This document shows positions 18,552-27,530 of a DNA stretch of 64,000 nt, in pieces. A program made the translations under genes and the position numbers. Within the stretch, counting starts at the first letter, position 1. Every line of letters starts with the position of its first letter. This DNA is from an uncultured Gammaproteobacteria bacterium (GTDB lineage: Bacteria; Patescibacteriota; Microgenomatia; Levybacterales; UBA12049), in NCBI GenBank assembly GCA_964416445.1, contig CAYQEE010000004.1, positions 47,868-111,867 on the forward strand, in the 5' to 3' direction. The notes under the pieces are model-generated. The model saw only the letters and a list, made by a program, of their open reading frames with translations, did not search any database and was not told the DNA's origin.

Positions 18552-19508
18552 ATGCGTAACCCAAAATTTTATGTTTTCTTAACTATTATTTTATGGAGTT
18601 TCGGCTCTCTTCTCACACGTCTTATTTCGATAGATTCTCAGTTCATTTCTTTAACATTACTATTTTTTTTCACATTTCTTTTTTTTACTATTTTTTACTA
18701 TTTCCAGAATAAAAAGGATTTTTTCATAAAACTAAAACAACTAAAAATTTCTTATTTATTTTTCGGACTATTTGGTTATTTTTTTTATTATCTTGGACTA
18801 GTACAAAGTTTCCATTTATTTAAAAGTGCTTCAGAAACTACAATATTAAATTATACCTTTCCTATTTTTACTATTATTTTTACCGATCTCTTCTTTCGAG
18901 TATATACTCCGAAATCAAAATCTATCAAAATAATAGAATATTTTGGTATTTTTATAGGATTTTTAGCGGTCATTATACTTGCAACCAACGGGAACATTGC
19001 TACGCTCCATTTGACAAATACTCCAGCTCTTTTATGGGGATTAGTCGCTGGTATTTCATATGGACTATATAGCGCGTACAGCAGCAGTGTACCTTCAGAG
19101 AATCAGAGTATATTTTTGCTCAATTCGATTTTTTCAAGTCTCATATTTTCAGTTTTCATAGCAATTCCTCAAATAAACATTCTCCATAAGGTAACTAGTA
19201 AAGATTATTTCATTACAGCATTGCTTGCTTTAGTTGTGAATGGACTTGGCTATATTACCTGGACTAAAGCGAACAGATTCGCTAAAGAAAAAAATATTTC
19301 TATTTCAGAGATAGCATCTTTCTTATTTATATTACCGATACTTAACTTGCTTATTATTACCATCGTGTTAAAAGAAAATTTTTTATTTCAACCATTTTTT
19401 CTTATAACGCTCATTTGTATTCTTCTCAGCTCATTGCTTTGTCAGAAGCCTGAATTTTTTGTCAAATTAGTAAACCGCAACGATATAACAAGTGTTAATC
19501 AAGAGTGA
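18552..19508 (+). CDS. EamA/DMT-family transporter, paralog 2, co-transcribed with the S-box met genes.
   Basis: A 3-nt gap after the PLP enzyme. Conserved blocks are shared with paralog 1. Confidence 0.7.
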   Translation: MRNPKFYVFLTIILWSFGSLLTRLISIDSQFISLTLLFFFTFLFFTIFYYFQNKKDFFIKLKQLKISYLFFGLFGYFFYYLGLVQSFHLFKSASETTILNYTFPIFTIIFTDLFFRVYTPKSKSIKIIEYFGIFIGFLAVIILATNGNIATLHLTNTPALLWGLVAGISYGLYSAYSSSVPSENQSIFLLNSIFSSLIFSVFIAIPQINILHKVTSKDYFITALLALVVNGLGYITWTKANRFAKEKNISISEIASFLFILPILNLLIITIVLKENFLFQPFFLITLICILLSSLLCQKPEFFVKLVNRNDITSVNQE

Positions 19509-19642
19509 TGGGAAGAGTTTTGGCTCGGTGATCCATCCAGCAACCGATTCGTAAAGCGGAAACGGTGCTCCACCCAAACCCGTAAGGGAGGATTAATTAG
19601 CTTTATGCAAAATTATAACTTCTCTTTTGAGAAGTTTTTTTT
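19495..19642 (+). promoter_or_regulatory. SAM-I (S-box) riboswitch number 2 with an intrinsic terminator.
   Basis: The aptamer is nearly identical to number 1 (UUAAUCAAGAGUGAUGGGAAGAG..GGCUCGGUGAUCCAUCCAGCAACC..GGUGCUCCACCC..CCCGUAAGGGAGGAUUAA). The P1 helix is UUAAUC/GAUUAA. The terminator AACTTCTCTTTTGAGAAGTT+T8 is followed directly by the ATG at 19643. Confidence 0.75.
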
Positions 19643-20890
19643 ATGAAAGCAGAAACACAATTTCGATTAAGAACAGTTATTATTGGTGGAGGAATTAGTA
19701 GTTTAGGAATTCCTATTGCTGCCGATCGCCATCAGCAGCTTACTCCACTGCTGGAAAATGGATTAGTTATCATTAATCCTACCTATCAACTTGGGTTAGG
19801 TGGACTTAATAATGTTCGAATTAATTCTAATTCCGGTGGAAATGATTTTCCTGAACATGTAGCTTCTGATGGCGTTTATCAGGACGTCATGCAAAATCAG
19901 CATACACGAAGGCTTCAAAGCCGTGGAAACGATCCAGTACCACTTCCCTGGGTCGTTGCATTCACGAAAGATCTTGGCAAAACAACTGGAGCAGTATTAG
20001 AAAGTCACCCAAATGAGCATACAGGAGTAAAACAAGCAAAAGTAGAAAAAGTAATTTTTGATAGGAAAGCGCAAACGTATAAGGCATTTTCACATGAAGG
20101 TTTTATAAGTGAAGGTGAGAATCTAGTATTCGCAACAGGAGGGAAAGAGACTCTCCACAATGAACTTAATGAATATGCTAACAAGGTCATCTTTTCTGGT
20201 ACGATCTTACAAGGCGACCTAACAAAAACTGAACTATTACTCAAACAAAATCCCAAAGCACCAATTACTATCATTGGTGCTTCGCATAGCGCCTTTGCCA
20301 TGCTTAAAGAATTAGTAACATATACTGATGCTAAAGACAGATCAATTGTTATGATATACAACTATAATCCACCTACCGCATATTTTAAAAATCTCGAAGA
20401 ATATGACGCATTCATTAGAGAAGCTCAAGAAAAGAAAGCACAATTCTACCCTGCCATTCGCTCAGTTGATCCACAGAATAATAGTATTAATCGGTTTGAA
20501 GGAGTACGAAACGAGGCTAAAGATTTACTTAAACGGATTGTACTAGGAGAATTTCCCAATATTACTTTTCAGAAAGTCACTGAAGGGCTTTCTACTCTTC
20601 CACTCCTTAAGCAATCTGCGTTTATCGGACAAGCTACAGGACTTGCGAGCGAACGAATTCCAATTTATGATACTTTAGGCCAAGAAATAGGTCCCTATAC
20701 TTATAACGGACAGGTACTTGTAGATGATCAAGGAAGACTACTTGATCACCAAAAACAAGTTTTACACCAGGGATATGGAATAGGCATAGGTTATTCATTG
20801 AGACGAGGATCTATTGCTCTTGATGGAGTTAATTTCTACTATGGACAAATAGGTGACTTAGTACTTTCACAGTTACTTCCAGAAAGATGA
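19643..20890 (+). CDS. Cysteine-free flavoprotein-like protein with two dinucleotide-binding motifs; unknown function, under SAM-I control.
   Basis: N-terminal VIIGGGISSLGIPIA and mid-protein ITIIGASHSAFAML Rossmann-type motifs, plus an LVFATGG block. The arrangement recalls class-B/N-hydroxylating flavin monooxygenases. There is no Cys in the whole protein. Confidence 0.5.
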   Translation: MKAETQFRLRTVIIGGGISSLGIPIAADRHQQLTPLLENGLVIINPTYQLGLGGLNNVRINSNSGGNDFPEHVASDGVYQDVMQNQHTRRLQSRGNDPVPLPWVVAFTKDLGKTTGAVLESHPNEHTGVKQAKVEKVIFDRKAQTYKAFSHEGFISEGENLVFATGGKETLHNELNEYANKVIFSGTILQGDLTKTELLLKQNPKAPITIIGASHSAFAMLKELVTYTDAKDRSIVMIYNYNPPTAYFKNLEEYDAFIREAQEKKAQFYPAIRSVDPQNNSINRFEGVRNEAKDLLKRIVLGEFPNITFQKVTEGLSTLPLLKQSAFIGQATGLASERIPIYDTLGQEIGPYTYNGQVLVDDQGRLLDHQKQVLHQGYGIGIGYSLRRGSIALDGVNFYYGQIGDLVLSQLLPER

Positions 20891-20900
20891 TAAATACGTT

Positions 20901-21617
20901 ATGATACATAATATGTTTCAACATTATTTAAAAACAATTGGACTAAATAAACTTGCTAAGGAAGTAACCAATTATTCTTTAAATAACTTTGTAAATGAAG
21001 TATTCCAACAAAGTAAAAAAGAGTTTACTGATGCTGAACTTACTTCATTATATACATATGACATTCCAAAACTCTCCCCTGATGGTTCATGTAGCATTTT
21101 AGAAGAAAAAAACGACATCCCATATAATTTGGCGCATACTTTTGGATTAAGTGAAGATGTGACAAAACTAGCAAGTAATCCTCATACGTTACGATTATGG
21201 AGACTGCATCAAATTACACAGAAAGTTTATGACAAAACTCGTGTCGCGTGGTTTGGAATATACCGAAAAATAGAAAGCACGAAAGCTTCTTTTCTTGTTA
21301 AAGAATCGTATCTTGGTATATTCAGTAGACCAGAATTTCCACTTACCGAAATATTTGCCTTAAAAAGCAATAATTCAACCGTTGGTCTGCGTGGTAAAGC
21401 AATTGTTATCCAAGATATCGAGAATCATTCAGGTGCATATTATAAATGCGACGGAAAGGTACAAAGCGAATTCTGCACTCCCATTTTCAATAAGCGGAAT
21501 GATATTATTGGTATCCTCGATGCAGAAGCATTTCCTAAGAATTTTTTTGCTGATGAGCGACTCCTTGAAATTGCAAAGGTAGCATATGATTTAGGAGAAA
21601 TTAATTTAGGGATGTAG
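20901..21617 (+). CDS. GAF-domain protein resembling free methionine-(R)-sulfoxide reductase (fRMsr), with an N-terminal extension of about 110 aa.
   Basis: WFGIY...KCDGKVQSEFCTPIF...IGILDAEA matches fRMsr blocks (WVGFY, IACDxxSxSEIVVPI, IGVLDIDS). Confidence 0.55.
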   Translation: MIHNMFQHYLKTIGLNKLAKEVTNYSLNNFVNEVFQQSKKEFTDAELTSLYTYDIPKLSPDGSCSILEEKNDIPYNLAHTFGLSEDVTKLASNPHTLRLWRLHQITQKVYDKTRVAWFGIYRKIESTKASFLVKESYLGIFSRPEFPLTEIFALKSNNSTVGLRGKAIVIQDIENHSGAYYKCDGKVQSEFCTPIFNKRNDIIGILDAEAFPKNFFADERLLEIAKVAYDLGEINLGM

Positions 21618-21658
21618 ACAAATTTGGATACATAGTATAGTCTCAAGAGAGTATCTCT

Positions 21659-22498
21659 TTGTATATGGTTGATTCAGTCGATACAAATTTACCTGATGCT
21701 CATGAAATTGGGCATAGTAGCATAAAACATGAACAACATTCTGTTCATGAAACTCATCGAAGACATGATCATGTATCATCAAAGGATGCTATGCAGTCTC
21801 CTGAGACAACTGATGAAGCAGAAAAAATAGCATCAACCCGAGCACAACTTAACGCTCAGTTATCTGTTATCCATTCGGAACATCACAGAGAAACTCTTCA
21901 AAGAACATCCGTCGATGCATTAACAAAAATAAACGTCGCTGCCCATTTTTTAGTTCCTCCAAAAGGCAGTGTTATTGAGAATCCTGATATTTTATTACCA
22001 AAAGTATGGAAAGTTGCACATTCGATTGATACTCTAGTTCGTGCATACCCTCAACGAACACAGCAGCACGATAATGAAGGTCACTCTGCTGAAGTTATTA
22101 CTCTTCCTCACCAAGGTCTTTTAAGGAACAAAACAACTAAAATTATCAGTTATGATCATACACAAGGCCGCCTGATACGGATAGAAGAATACCTGGGGAA
22201 AGATAAGTTAATAAGTGTCGTTACTATGCCAGTTAATGCCAAAGATGCAGCAAATCTTATCAATGATGGTCAAATTTTTTCGAACCGTATCGGACCAAAC
22301 GAGAAGAGGAATGTTTTACAACCAGGAACACTGACTCAAACGGAAAATAGCCGTGATGGAAATTCAGCCCAAACTCAGGCATATGCCATGGAAGCAGTAA
22401 ACGCTCTTCAAGTTATTTCACGGTCATTTGAGAATACTCCTGTGGGAAAAGCCGCTCAAGTAAAAGCAGCTTCAGAAACATTAGTTCTTGCAGCTTAA
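21659..22498 (+). CDS. Hypothetical protein with a His-rich N-terminus (HEIGHSSIKHEQHSVHETHRRHDH).
   Basis: 279 aa ORF with Q/A/H-rich composition unlike the flanking genes. Confidence 0.45.
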   Translation: MYMVDSVDTNLPDAHEIGHSSIKHEQHSVHETHRRHDHVSSKDAMQSPETTDEAEKIASTRAQLNAQLSVIHSEHHRETLQRTSVDALTKINVAAHFLVPPKGSVIENPDILLPKVWKVAHSIDTLVRAYPQRTQQHDNEGHSAEVITLPHQGLLRNKTTKIISYDHTQGRLIRIEEYLGKDKLISVVTMPVNAKDAANLINDGQIFSNRIGPNEKRNVLQPGTLTQTENSRDGNSAQTQAYAMEAVNALQVISRSFENTPVGKAAQVKAASETLVLAA

Positions 22499-22509
22499 AT
22501 TTAGAAGTG

Positions 22510-23610
22510 CTATTGGGCGATAGTCTCCCAGGGAAACCCCTCTCGTCCAAAATGTCCGTACACAGCTGAAGACAAATAAATTGGCCTTCTCAGTTTCAAT
22601 TTTGAAAGAATTCCTGCAACTGACGTATCTAATATTTTGTTTGCAAAATCATTTAAAGCTTTTTTACTTACTTTTTCTGTTCCAAAGGTTTCTACGGTTT
22701 GCATAAGCGGCTTATGTGCTCCAATAAAATAGGCTAAACCAACTTCCGCTTTACTTGCTAATTTATGGGCAACAATATTCTTTGCAATGTAACGAGCAGC
22801 ATATGCCCCTGAACGATCTACTTTTGTTGGATCTTTTCCGCTAAAAGCTCCTCCTCCTACTCTTGCAAAACCACCATACGTATCAACAACGATTTTTCTT
22901 CCGGTAATTCCAGAATCTGCTGAGGGACCACCATGATGCCAGACCCCCGTACCATTAATAATTACATTCTTTATGTTTATGGTAAAACCATGTTCTGCTA
23001 AGACAGGAGAAATTACCTCTTTATATAATCCATCTTTTACTTCTTTTAAAGAGACTGATTCTTTATGGGGAACAGCTAATACGACTGTTGTTACTTTGTA
23101 TGGTTTACCGTTTTTGTATTCAATAGTTACTTGACTCTTCCCATCTGGGCGAAGATATGGAAGGATCGCTTTTTCTCGTACTTCATCAATTTTTCTCGTT
23201 AGTTCATGGGCTAAGATAATAGGTAACGGCATAAACTGTTTTGTCTGTGTACATGCATATCCAAACATCATTCCTTGGTCACCTGCACCTTTATGATCAA
23301 CCCCTACTTGAATTTCTGGTGATTGTTCATGAATATAAATAGAAATTGGAGAATTATAAGAAAACCCCGATCTACTGTCCGTATAACCTAATCGTTTAAT
23401 TTGTTCTCGAGCAATTTTTTCAAAAGGAATTTTTGCATTAGCAGTAACTTCGCCAGCTAAAATAACATGGCCATGGGCAGCCATCGTTTCTACAGCAGTA
23501 TGCCCATTTGGATCTTGCGCAAGAACTGCATCGACAATAGCATCACTAATCTGATCACAAATTTTATCGGGATGACCTGCGCATACTGATTCAGATGTAA
23601 AAGTGTTCAT
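22510..23610 (-). CDS. metK: S-adenosylmethionine synthetase.
   Basis: GHPDKICDQISDA, GAGDQG and DTYGG signature blocks. Confidence 0.95.
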   Translation of the reverse strand: MNTFTSESVCAGHPDKICDQISDAIVDAVLAQDPNGHTAVETMAAHGHVILAGEVTANAKIPFEKIAREQIKRLGYTDSRSGFSYNSPISIYIHEQSPEIQVGVDHKGAGDQGMMFGYACTQTKQFMPLPIILAHELTRKIDEVREKAILPYLRPDGKSQVTIEYKNGKPYKVTTVVLAVPHKESVSLKEVKDGLYKEVISPVLAEHGFTINIKNVIINGTGVWHHGGPSADSGITGRKIVVDTYGGFARVGGGAFSGKDPTKVDRSGAYAARYIAKNIVAHKLASKAEVGLAYFIGAHKPLMQTVETFGTEKVSKKALNDFANKILDTSVAGILSKLKLRRPIYLSSAVYGHFGREGFPWETIAQ

Positions 23611-23748
23611 AAAAAAACTCCCCCAAATGGAAGAGTTATGGTTATTATCTTTCCACGTTGGGCTAGAAGAAGCACCATATGTTTTTACATTGGTTGCTGG
23701 CAGGTCATTGGGCTAGTTCCCTCGCTGCTCTCTAGATAAGTTAAGAAT
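23611..23748 (-). promoter_or_regulatory. SAM-I (S-box) riboswitch number 3 upstream of metK.
   Basis: Minus-strand RNA CUUAUCUAGAGAGCAGCGAGGGAACUAGCCCAAUGACCUGCCAGCAACC...AUGGUGCUUCUUCUAGCC...GAAAGAUAA shows the P1 pairing UUAUCU/AGAUAA and the GAGGGA, GCCC.AUGA, CAGCAACC and GGUGCU hallmarks. The terminator CUCUUCC..GGGGGAG+U7 abuts the metK ATG. Confidence 0.8.
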
Positions 23749-23827
23749 CTATTACGTATAACTTACAATATCTCCTCTTTCTTGTCAATAATATTTTGCA
23801 GCATAAGAAAACTACTGAAAAAGGTAC

Positions 23828-24157
23828 TTGCAATTACACCATTACGGTATGGTACAATTTAAATCTTCTATGACAAAAACACAACAAGTATTTCAAGATA
23901 TGATGGATTACAACCAAGAATTATTTGATAACTTTAGGAAGATTCATAGTGAGTATGAGAAGAATGGACAGAAAAATCAATATATCTTTAATGAAGAAGG
24001 CGAAAAAGTTCTACAAGTTATCCGAAAATATGAGAACATTCTTTGTTCTCATTCTGAAAGTGGTAAATATAGTAAATTTTCAACGAAACTTTCTGATACT
24101 TTTTGGCAGATGATTCGCAAGCAATTTCCCAAAATTGATTGTATTGGATTACAATAA
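23828..24157 (+). CDS. Hypothetical small protein.
   Basis: 109 aa ORF. The start may be at an internal Met (MTKTQQ). Confidence 0.4.
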   Translation: MQLHHYGMVQFKSSMTKTQQVFQDMMDYNQELFDNFRKIHSEYEKNGQKNQYIFNEEGEKVLQVIRKYENILCSHSESGKYSKFSTKLSDTFWQMIRKQFPKIDCIGLQ

Positions 24158-24192
24158 TCTATTCGAATTACTAAAATTCTTATTAAAGTATC

Positions 24193-24602
24193 TTAAGATG
24201 TACTTATTCCCTGTTCATTTAACCAAATAATAAATGATTCTGGTACATCCATTGTTGATAGACGACTTTGCTTAACGAGACGAAACTCCTGAAACCGATT
24301 GGATGCTTTAATCTTTTGTAAAGTTATGAATGGTTCAGAATATTTTCTTAAAAATTTAAAATCAACAAGCCAACTCTTTTTATCATCTGGATCAGGCCTG
24401 CTATTACCGATTACTTCAGCTAAACCAACTATCGCTGCTTGACCTTGCGAATGGTAAATAAACACTTTATCACCAGGTAACATCGTTTTTAAGAAAATTA
24501 ATGCTTGGGCATTATGGATACCGCCCAAGATATTTGTGTATCTTTTGCAAAATCATCAATTGAATATTCACTTGGATCTGTTTTTGCTAAATAAAATTTC
24601 AT
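24193..24602 (-). pseudogene. EVE (PUA-like) domain gene with an apparent frameshift.
   Basis: The N-terminal EVE segment MKFYLAKTDPSEYSIDDFAKDTQISW is in one frame (ATG at 24600-24602) and hits a stop about 30 nt later. The rest of the domain (GGIHNAQALIFLKTMLPGDKVFIYHS...) continues in a second frame as the 24193..24528 ORF. Confidence 0.5.
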
Positions 24603-24613
24603 TTTTCTATTTT

Positions 24614-25126
24614 ATGAAACCGTATGAAAAGTTACAAGTCTTAGATGCTCCCCTACTTTACAGAAAAGATGAAGTATCCTATTATCTAAACAAAGGAACT
24701 GTATATCTGTTAAAAAACGACTTTTTTACGTTAATTGTTGTTTTTATCCTCTTGATAGCTGGAGGAATTTTTTTGTACGGAAAAAATTTTAAGTCTTTTT
24801 TATCTAACAATGGGAAATTAGATGTAACTCCTACCCTCGCACCAAACGCAAAAACTGAACAAATAACTATTTCTGGTTCAAATTTTACTTTCGTTCCTAA
24901 CACAATCCAAGTTACTAAAGGAGATTTAATAAAGATAACTCTTTTGAATACAAGCGGCCTTCATAATTTAACCATTCCCGCTTTGCACGTAAGCACAAAA
25001 ACAATTCATGCAGGTCAGCAAGATACTGTGCAGTTTATTGCTGATAAAACTGGTTCGTATCCGTTCTACGATGGATATGGCCACCATAAAGAATTTGGAA
25101 TGATCGGAAAATTAATCGTTCAGTAG
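24614..25126 (+). CDS. Membrane-anchored cupredoxin-like domain protein.
   Basis: One transmembrane helix followed by a cupredoxin-type beta-sandwich (FTFVPNTIQVTKGDLIKITLLNTSGLHNL...FYDGYGHHKEFGMIGKLIV). The start is taken at MKPYEK. Confidence 0.55.
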   Translation: MKPYEKLQVLDAPLLYRKDEVSYYLNKGTVYLLKNDFFTLIVVFILLIAGGIFLYGKNFKSFLSNNGKLDVTPTLAPNAKTEQITISGSNFTFVPNTIQVTKGDLIKITLLNTSGLHNLTIPALHVSTKTIHAGQQDTVQFIADKTGSYPFYDGYGHHKEFGMIGKLIVQ

Positions 25127-25129
25127 CTA

Positions 25130-25480
25130 TTAGAATCCTACCGACTTATAGAGTGTATCAAAATTTGTCATTGCTGTTTGGACTTGGTTAATGAATGGAA
25201 TCGATACCCAAACTATAATTCCAAGTGATACTAATGTCAGTACCAATGCAACTATTCCGACTATTTTTACTTGCATGAGAGGGTATCTAATATATCGAAA
25301 CGTGTATATGAGCCCAAACGGTGGTACGAGAATACTCACGAAATAAATGTACATTTGTTTAATAATGCTTATTCCCAACAACAATTCTCTCAATGATTTA
25401 CCGCATTGAGGACAATAATGAAACATTAGATCAATTTGCATTCCACAAGCGGGACATTGAGGAGAAATGACATCATTCAT
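25130..25480 (-). CDS. Zinc-ribbon (CPxCG...CPQCG) protein with two transmembrane helices.
   Basis: N-terminal Cys4 ribbon followed by a hydrophobic C-terminal half. Confidence 0.5.
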   Translation of the reverse strand: MNDVISPQCPACGMQIDLMFHYCPQCGKSLRELLLGISIIKQMYIYFVSILVPPFGLIYTFRYIRYPLMQVKIVGIVALVLTLVSLGIIVWVSIPFINQVQTAMTNFDTLYKSVGF

Positions 25481-26855
25481 GTTTTTGTACCTGTACTATC
25501 TCTGCCCCATTCTTTGTATCGTTAATTACGTATCCTAAATCTTGTATTTTCTTCCTTAACTCATCGGCAGCAGAAAAATCTCCATTCTTTCTGAACAAAT
25601 CTCTTTGCGATACTAATGCAAGAATATTACTGGGGATCTGTAACTGTTTTTTATGAGATAACTGTAATCCTAATATCTTATCTATTTCAAGCAATGTTGC
25701 AGTTTTTTCTGATGGTTCTAAAGGTTCCTTTGCTAGTTCCCAGACAATTGCGAGTGCCTTTGCGGTGTTAAGATCATCACTCATTGCATCCATAAATCGA
25801 TTTACCCAGAAGAAGTTAGGTATTCCTCCTCTTTCTTGTACTATATGACCTCGTAATTTATCTAATGACTTCTGTGCTGCATCTAACGATGCCCAGGTAA
25901 AATTCATTTCTTGTCTATAGTGAGTCTGTAAATAAAGATATCGGAGCGATAACGGATCATAACCTTTTTTAATAACATCTTGCACGGTAATAAAATTTCC
26001 TAAACTTTTACTCATTTTTTCATTCTCAACAGTGAGAAAGTTATGATGAACCCAATAACGAACAAATTGTTTTCCAGTAGCTCCTTCTGACTGTGCAATT
26101 TCATTTGTATGATGAACCGCGATATGGTCAATTCCTCCTGTATGTATATCTAAAGTCTCCCCCAATGTATTCATAGCCATTGCGCTACATTCAATATGCC
26201 AACCAGGGAATCCTCTTCCCCAAGGACTATCCCATTCCATTTGTCTTTTTTCACCTGGACGAGAAAATTTCCAAAGTGCAAAGTCAGAAATGTTCCTCTT
26301 ATCTGCTATCAATTCTACCCGAGCACCAGCTAATAGTTCATCAGGATCTTGTCTGGATAAAGCAAAGTAGTTGGGAAATTTTGCAGTATCATAATATACT
26401 CCATCTGAGGTAATGTAAACAAACCCCTTCGATTCTAGTAACTGAATTAGACTAATTTGTTCTTTAATATAGTCCGTTGCATGCATGAGATCTTTTGGCA
26501 GCTGAACTTGTAATGATTCGCAGGATTCTCGAAACTGTTTCTCGAAAAATTTCGCTATTTCCCAAACGCTTTGATTAAATTTTTTTGCACCTTTTTCCAT
26601 TTTATCTTCCCCTGTGTCTGCATCCGATGTTAAATGCCCGACATCAGTGATATTCATAACATGTTGAACCACAAATCCACGCATTTTAAGAACTCGAATA
26701 AGAATGTCGTCACCAATATACCGACGCATATGGCCGATATGTTGAAAATCGTAAACAGTAGGCCCACATGAATATATTTTTACTTTCACATTTTTATCAT
26801 CTAATGGAATAAATTCGTCAATTTGTCTTGTTAAAGTATTAAAGAGTTTTACCAT
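25473..26855 (-). CDS. cysS: Cysteinyl-tRNA synthetase.
   Basis: Class-I HIGH (HIGH at CGPTVYDFQHIGHMR) and KMSKS (KMSKSLGN) motifs, plus Zn-binding Cys and the CysRS architecture. Confidence 0.95.
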   Translation of the reverse strand: MVKLFNTLTRQIDEFIPLDDKNVKVKIYSCGPTVYDFQHIGHMRRYIGDDILIRVLKMRGFVVQHVMNITDVGHLTSDADTGEDKMEKGAKKFNQSVWEIAKFFEKQFRESCESLQVQLPKDLMHATDYIKEQISLIQLLESKGFVYITSDGVYYDTAKFPNYFALSRQDPDELLAGARVELIADKRNISDFALWKFSRPGEKRQMEWDSPWGRGFPGWHIECSAMAMNTLGETLDIHTGGIDHIAVHHTNEIAQSEGATGKQFVRYWVHHNFLTVENEKMSKSLGNFITVQDVIKKGYDPLSLRYLYLQTHYRQEMNFTWASLDAAQKSLDKLRGHIVQERGGIPNFFWVNRFMDAMSDDLNTAKALAIVWELAKEPLEPSEKTATLLEIDKILGLQLSHKKQLQIPSNILALVSQRDLFRKNGDFSAADELRKKIQDLGYVINDTKNGAEIVQVQKHE

Positions 26856-26857
26856 AG

Positions 26858-27469
26858 TTATCCTTTCGAAGCCTTACCTTCATGTGACCCTTGTTTTGGT
26901 TTTAGTAAATTCATCAACGATGATTTAACCTTTTTTCCAAAACCTTTTTTTGGCCCCTGACTCATCATAATTGGTTCCATTTGTTGTTCCTCTTTTTGTT
27001 TTCTTGCTTCTTCCTCATCTTGTTCAATTTGTTGTCTTCGTTGTAGTTCTTCTTGTTTCTTCTGATCTTTTCCTTCAGCTTTATTAATAAATTCCTCAAA
27101 ATATATATTATGAAGTTTTTTTCTCAACATATCTATTTGTTGTTGATCGTTTTGTTTTTGTTGTTCATTAGCCAGGGCATTTTGCGTATTTTGAATTTGT
27201 GGTGGTACACCACTTTGATTCGTGGTTGTACTTTTTGCATTTTGTTCATTGAGATTACTAGTATCGAAATTTCCAATATTACTTATTGCCTCATTTGGAA
27301 CTGGAGTATTGGATGACTGTGAGTTTTGGTATGGTACATTTGCACCACCTAACTGATGTTTTATTTGTTGAGCCGCAGGAGATCCAAACTTTTTAATAAC
27401 CTGAGCCGTTTTTTTTACAGAGCTTATTCCTATTTCAGATAGCGATAATCCTGAAGAACCGTCAGCCAT
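26858..27469 (-). CDS. Gln/Glu-rich coiled-coil hypothetical protein.
   Basis: 203 aa ORF, low-complexity (QQKQNDQQQ; EELQRRQQIEQDEEEARKQKEEQQ). It lies 3 nt downstream of cysS. Confidence 0.45.
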   Translation of the reverse strand: MADGSSGLSLSEIGISSVKKTAQVIKKFGSPAAQQIKHQLGGANVPYQNSQSSNTPVPNEAISNIGNFDTSNLNEQNAKSTTTNQSGVPPQIQNTQNALANEQQKQNDQQQIDMLRKKLHNIYFEEFINKAEGKDQKKQEELQRRQQIEQDEEEARKQKEEQQMEPIMMSQGPKKGFGKKVKSSLMNLLKPKQGSHEGKASKG

Positions 27470-27530
27470 AGTGAGGTTAGTGTAGCAAAGTTTCGAATCT
27501 GCTGCAAAGAACGAAAAACTTCCTTAAAAA

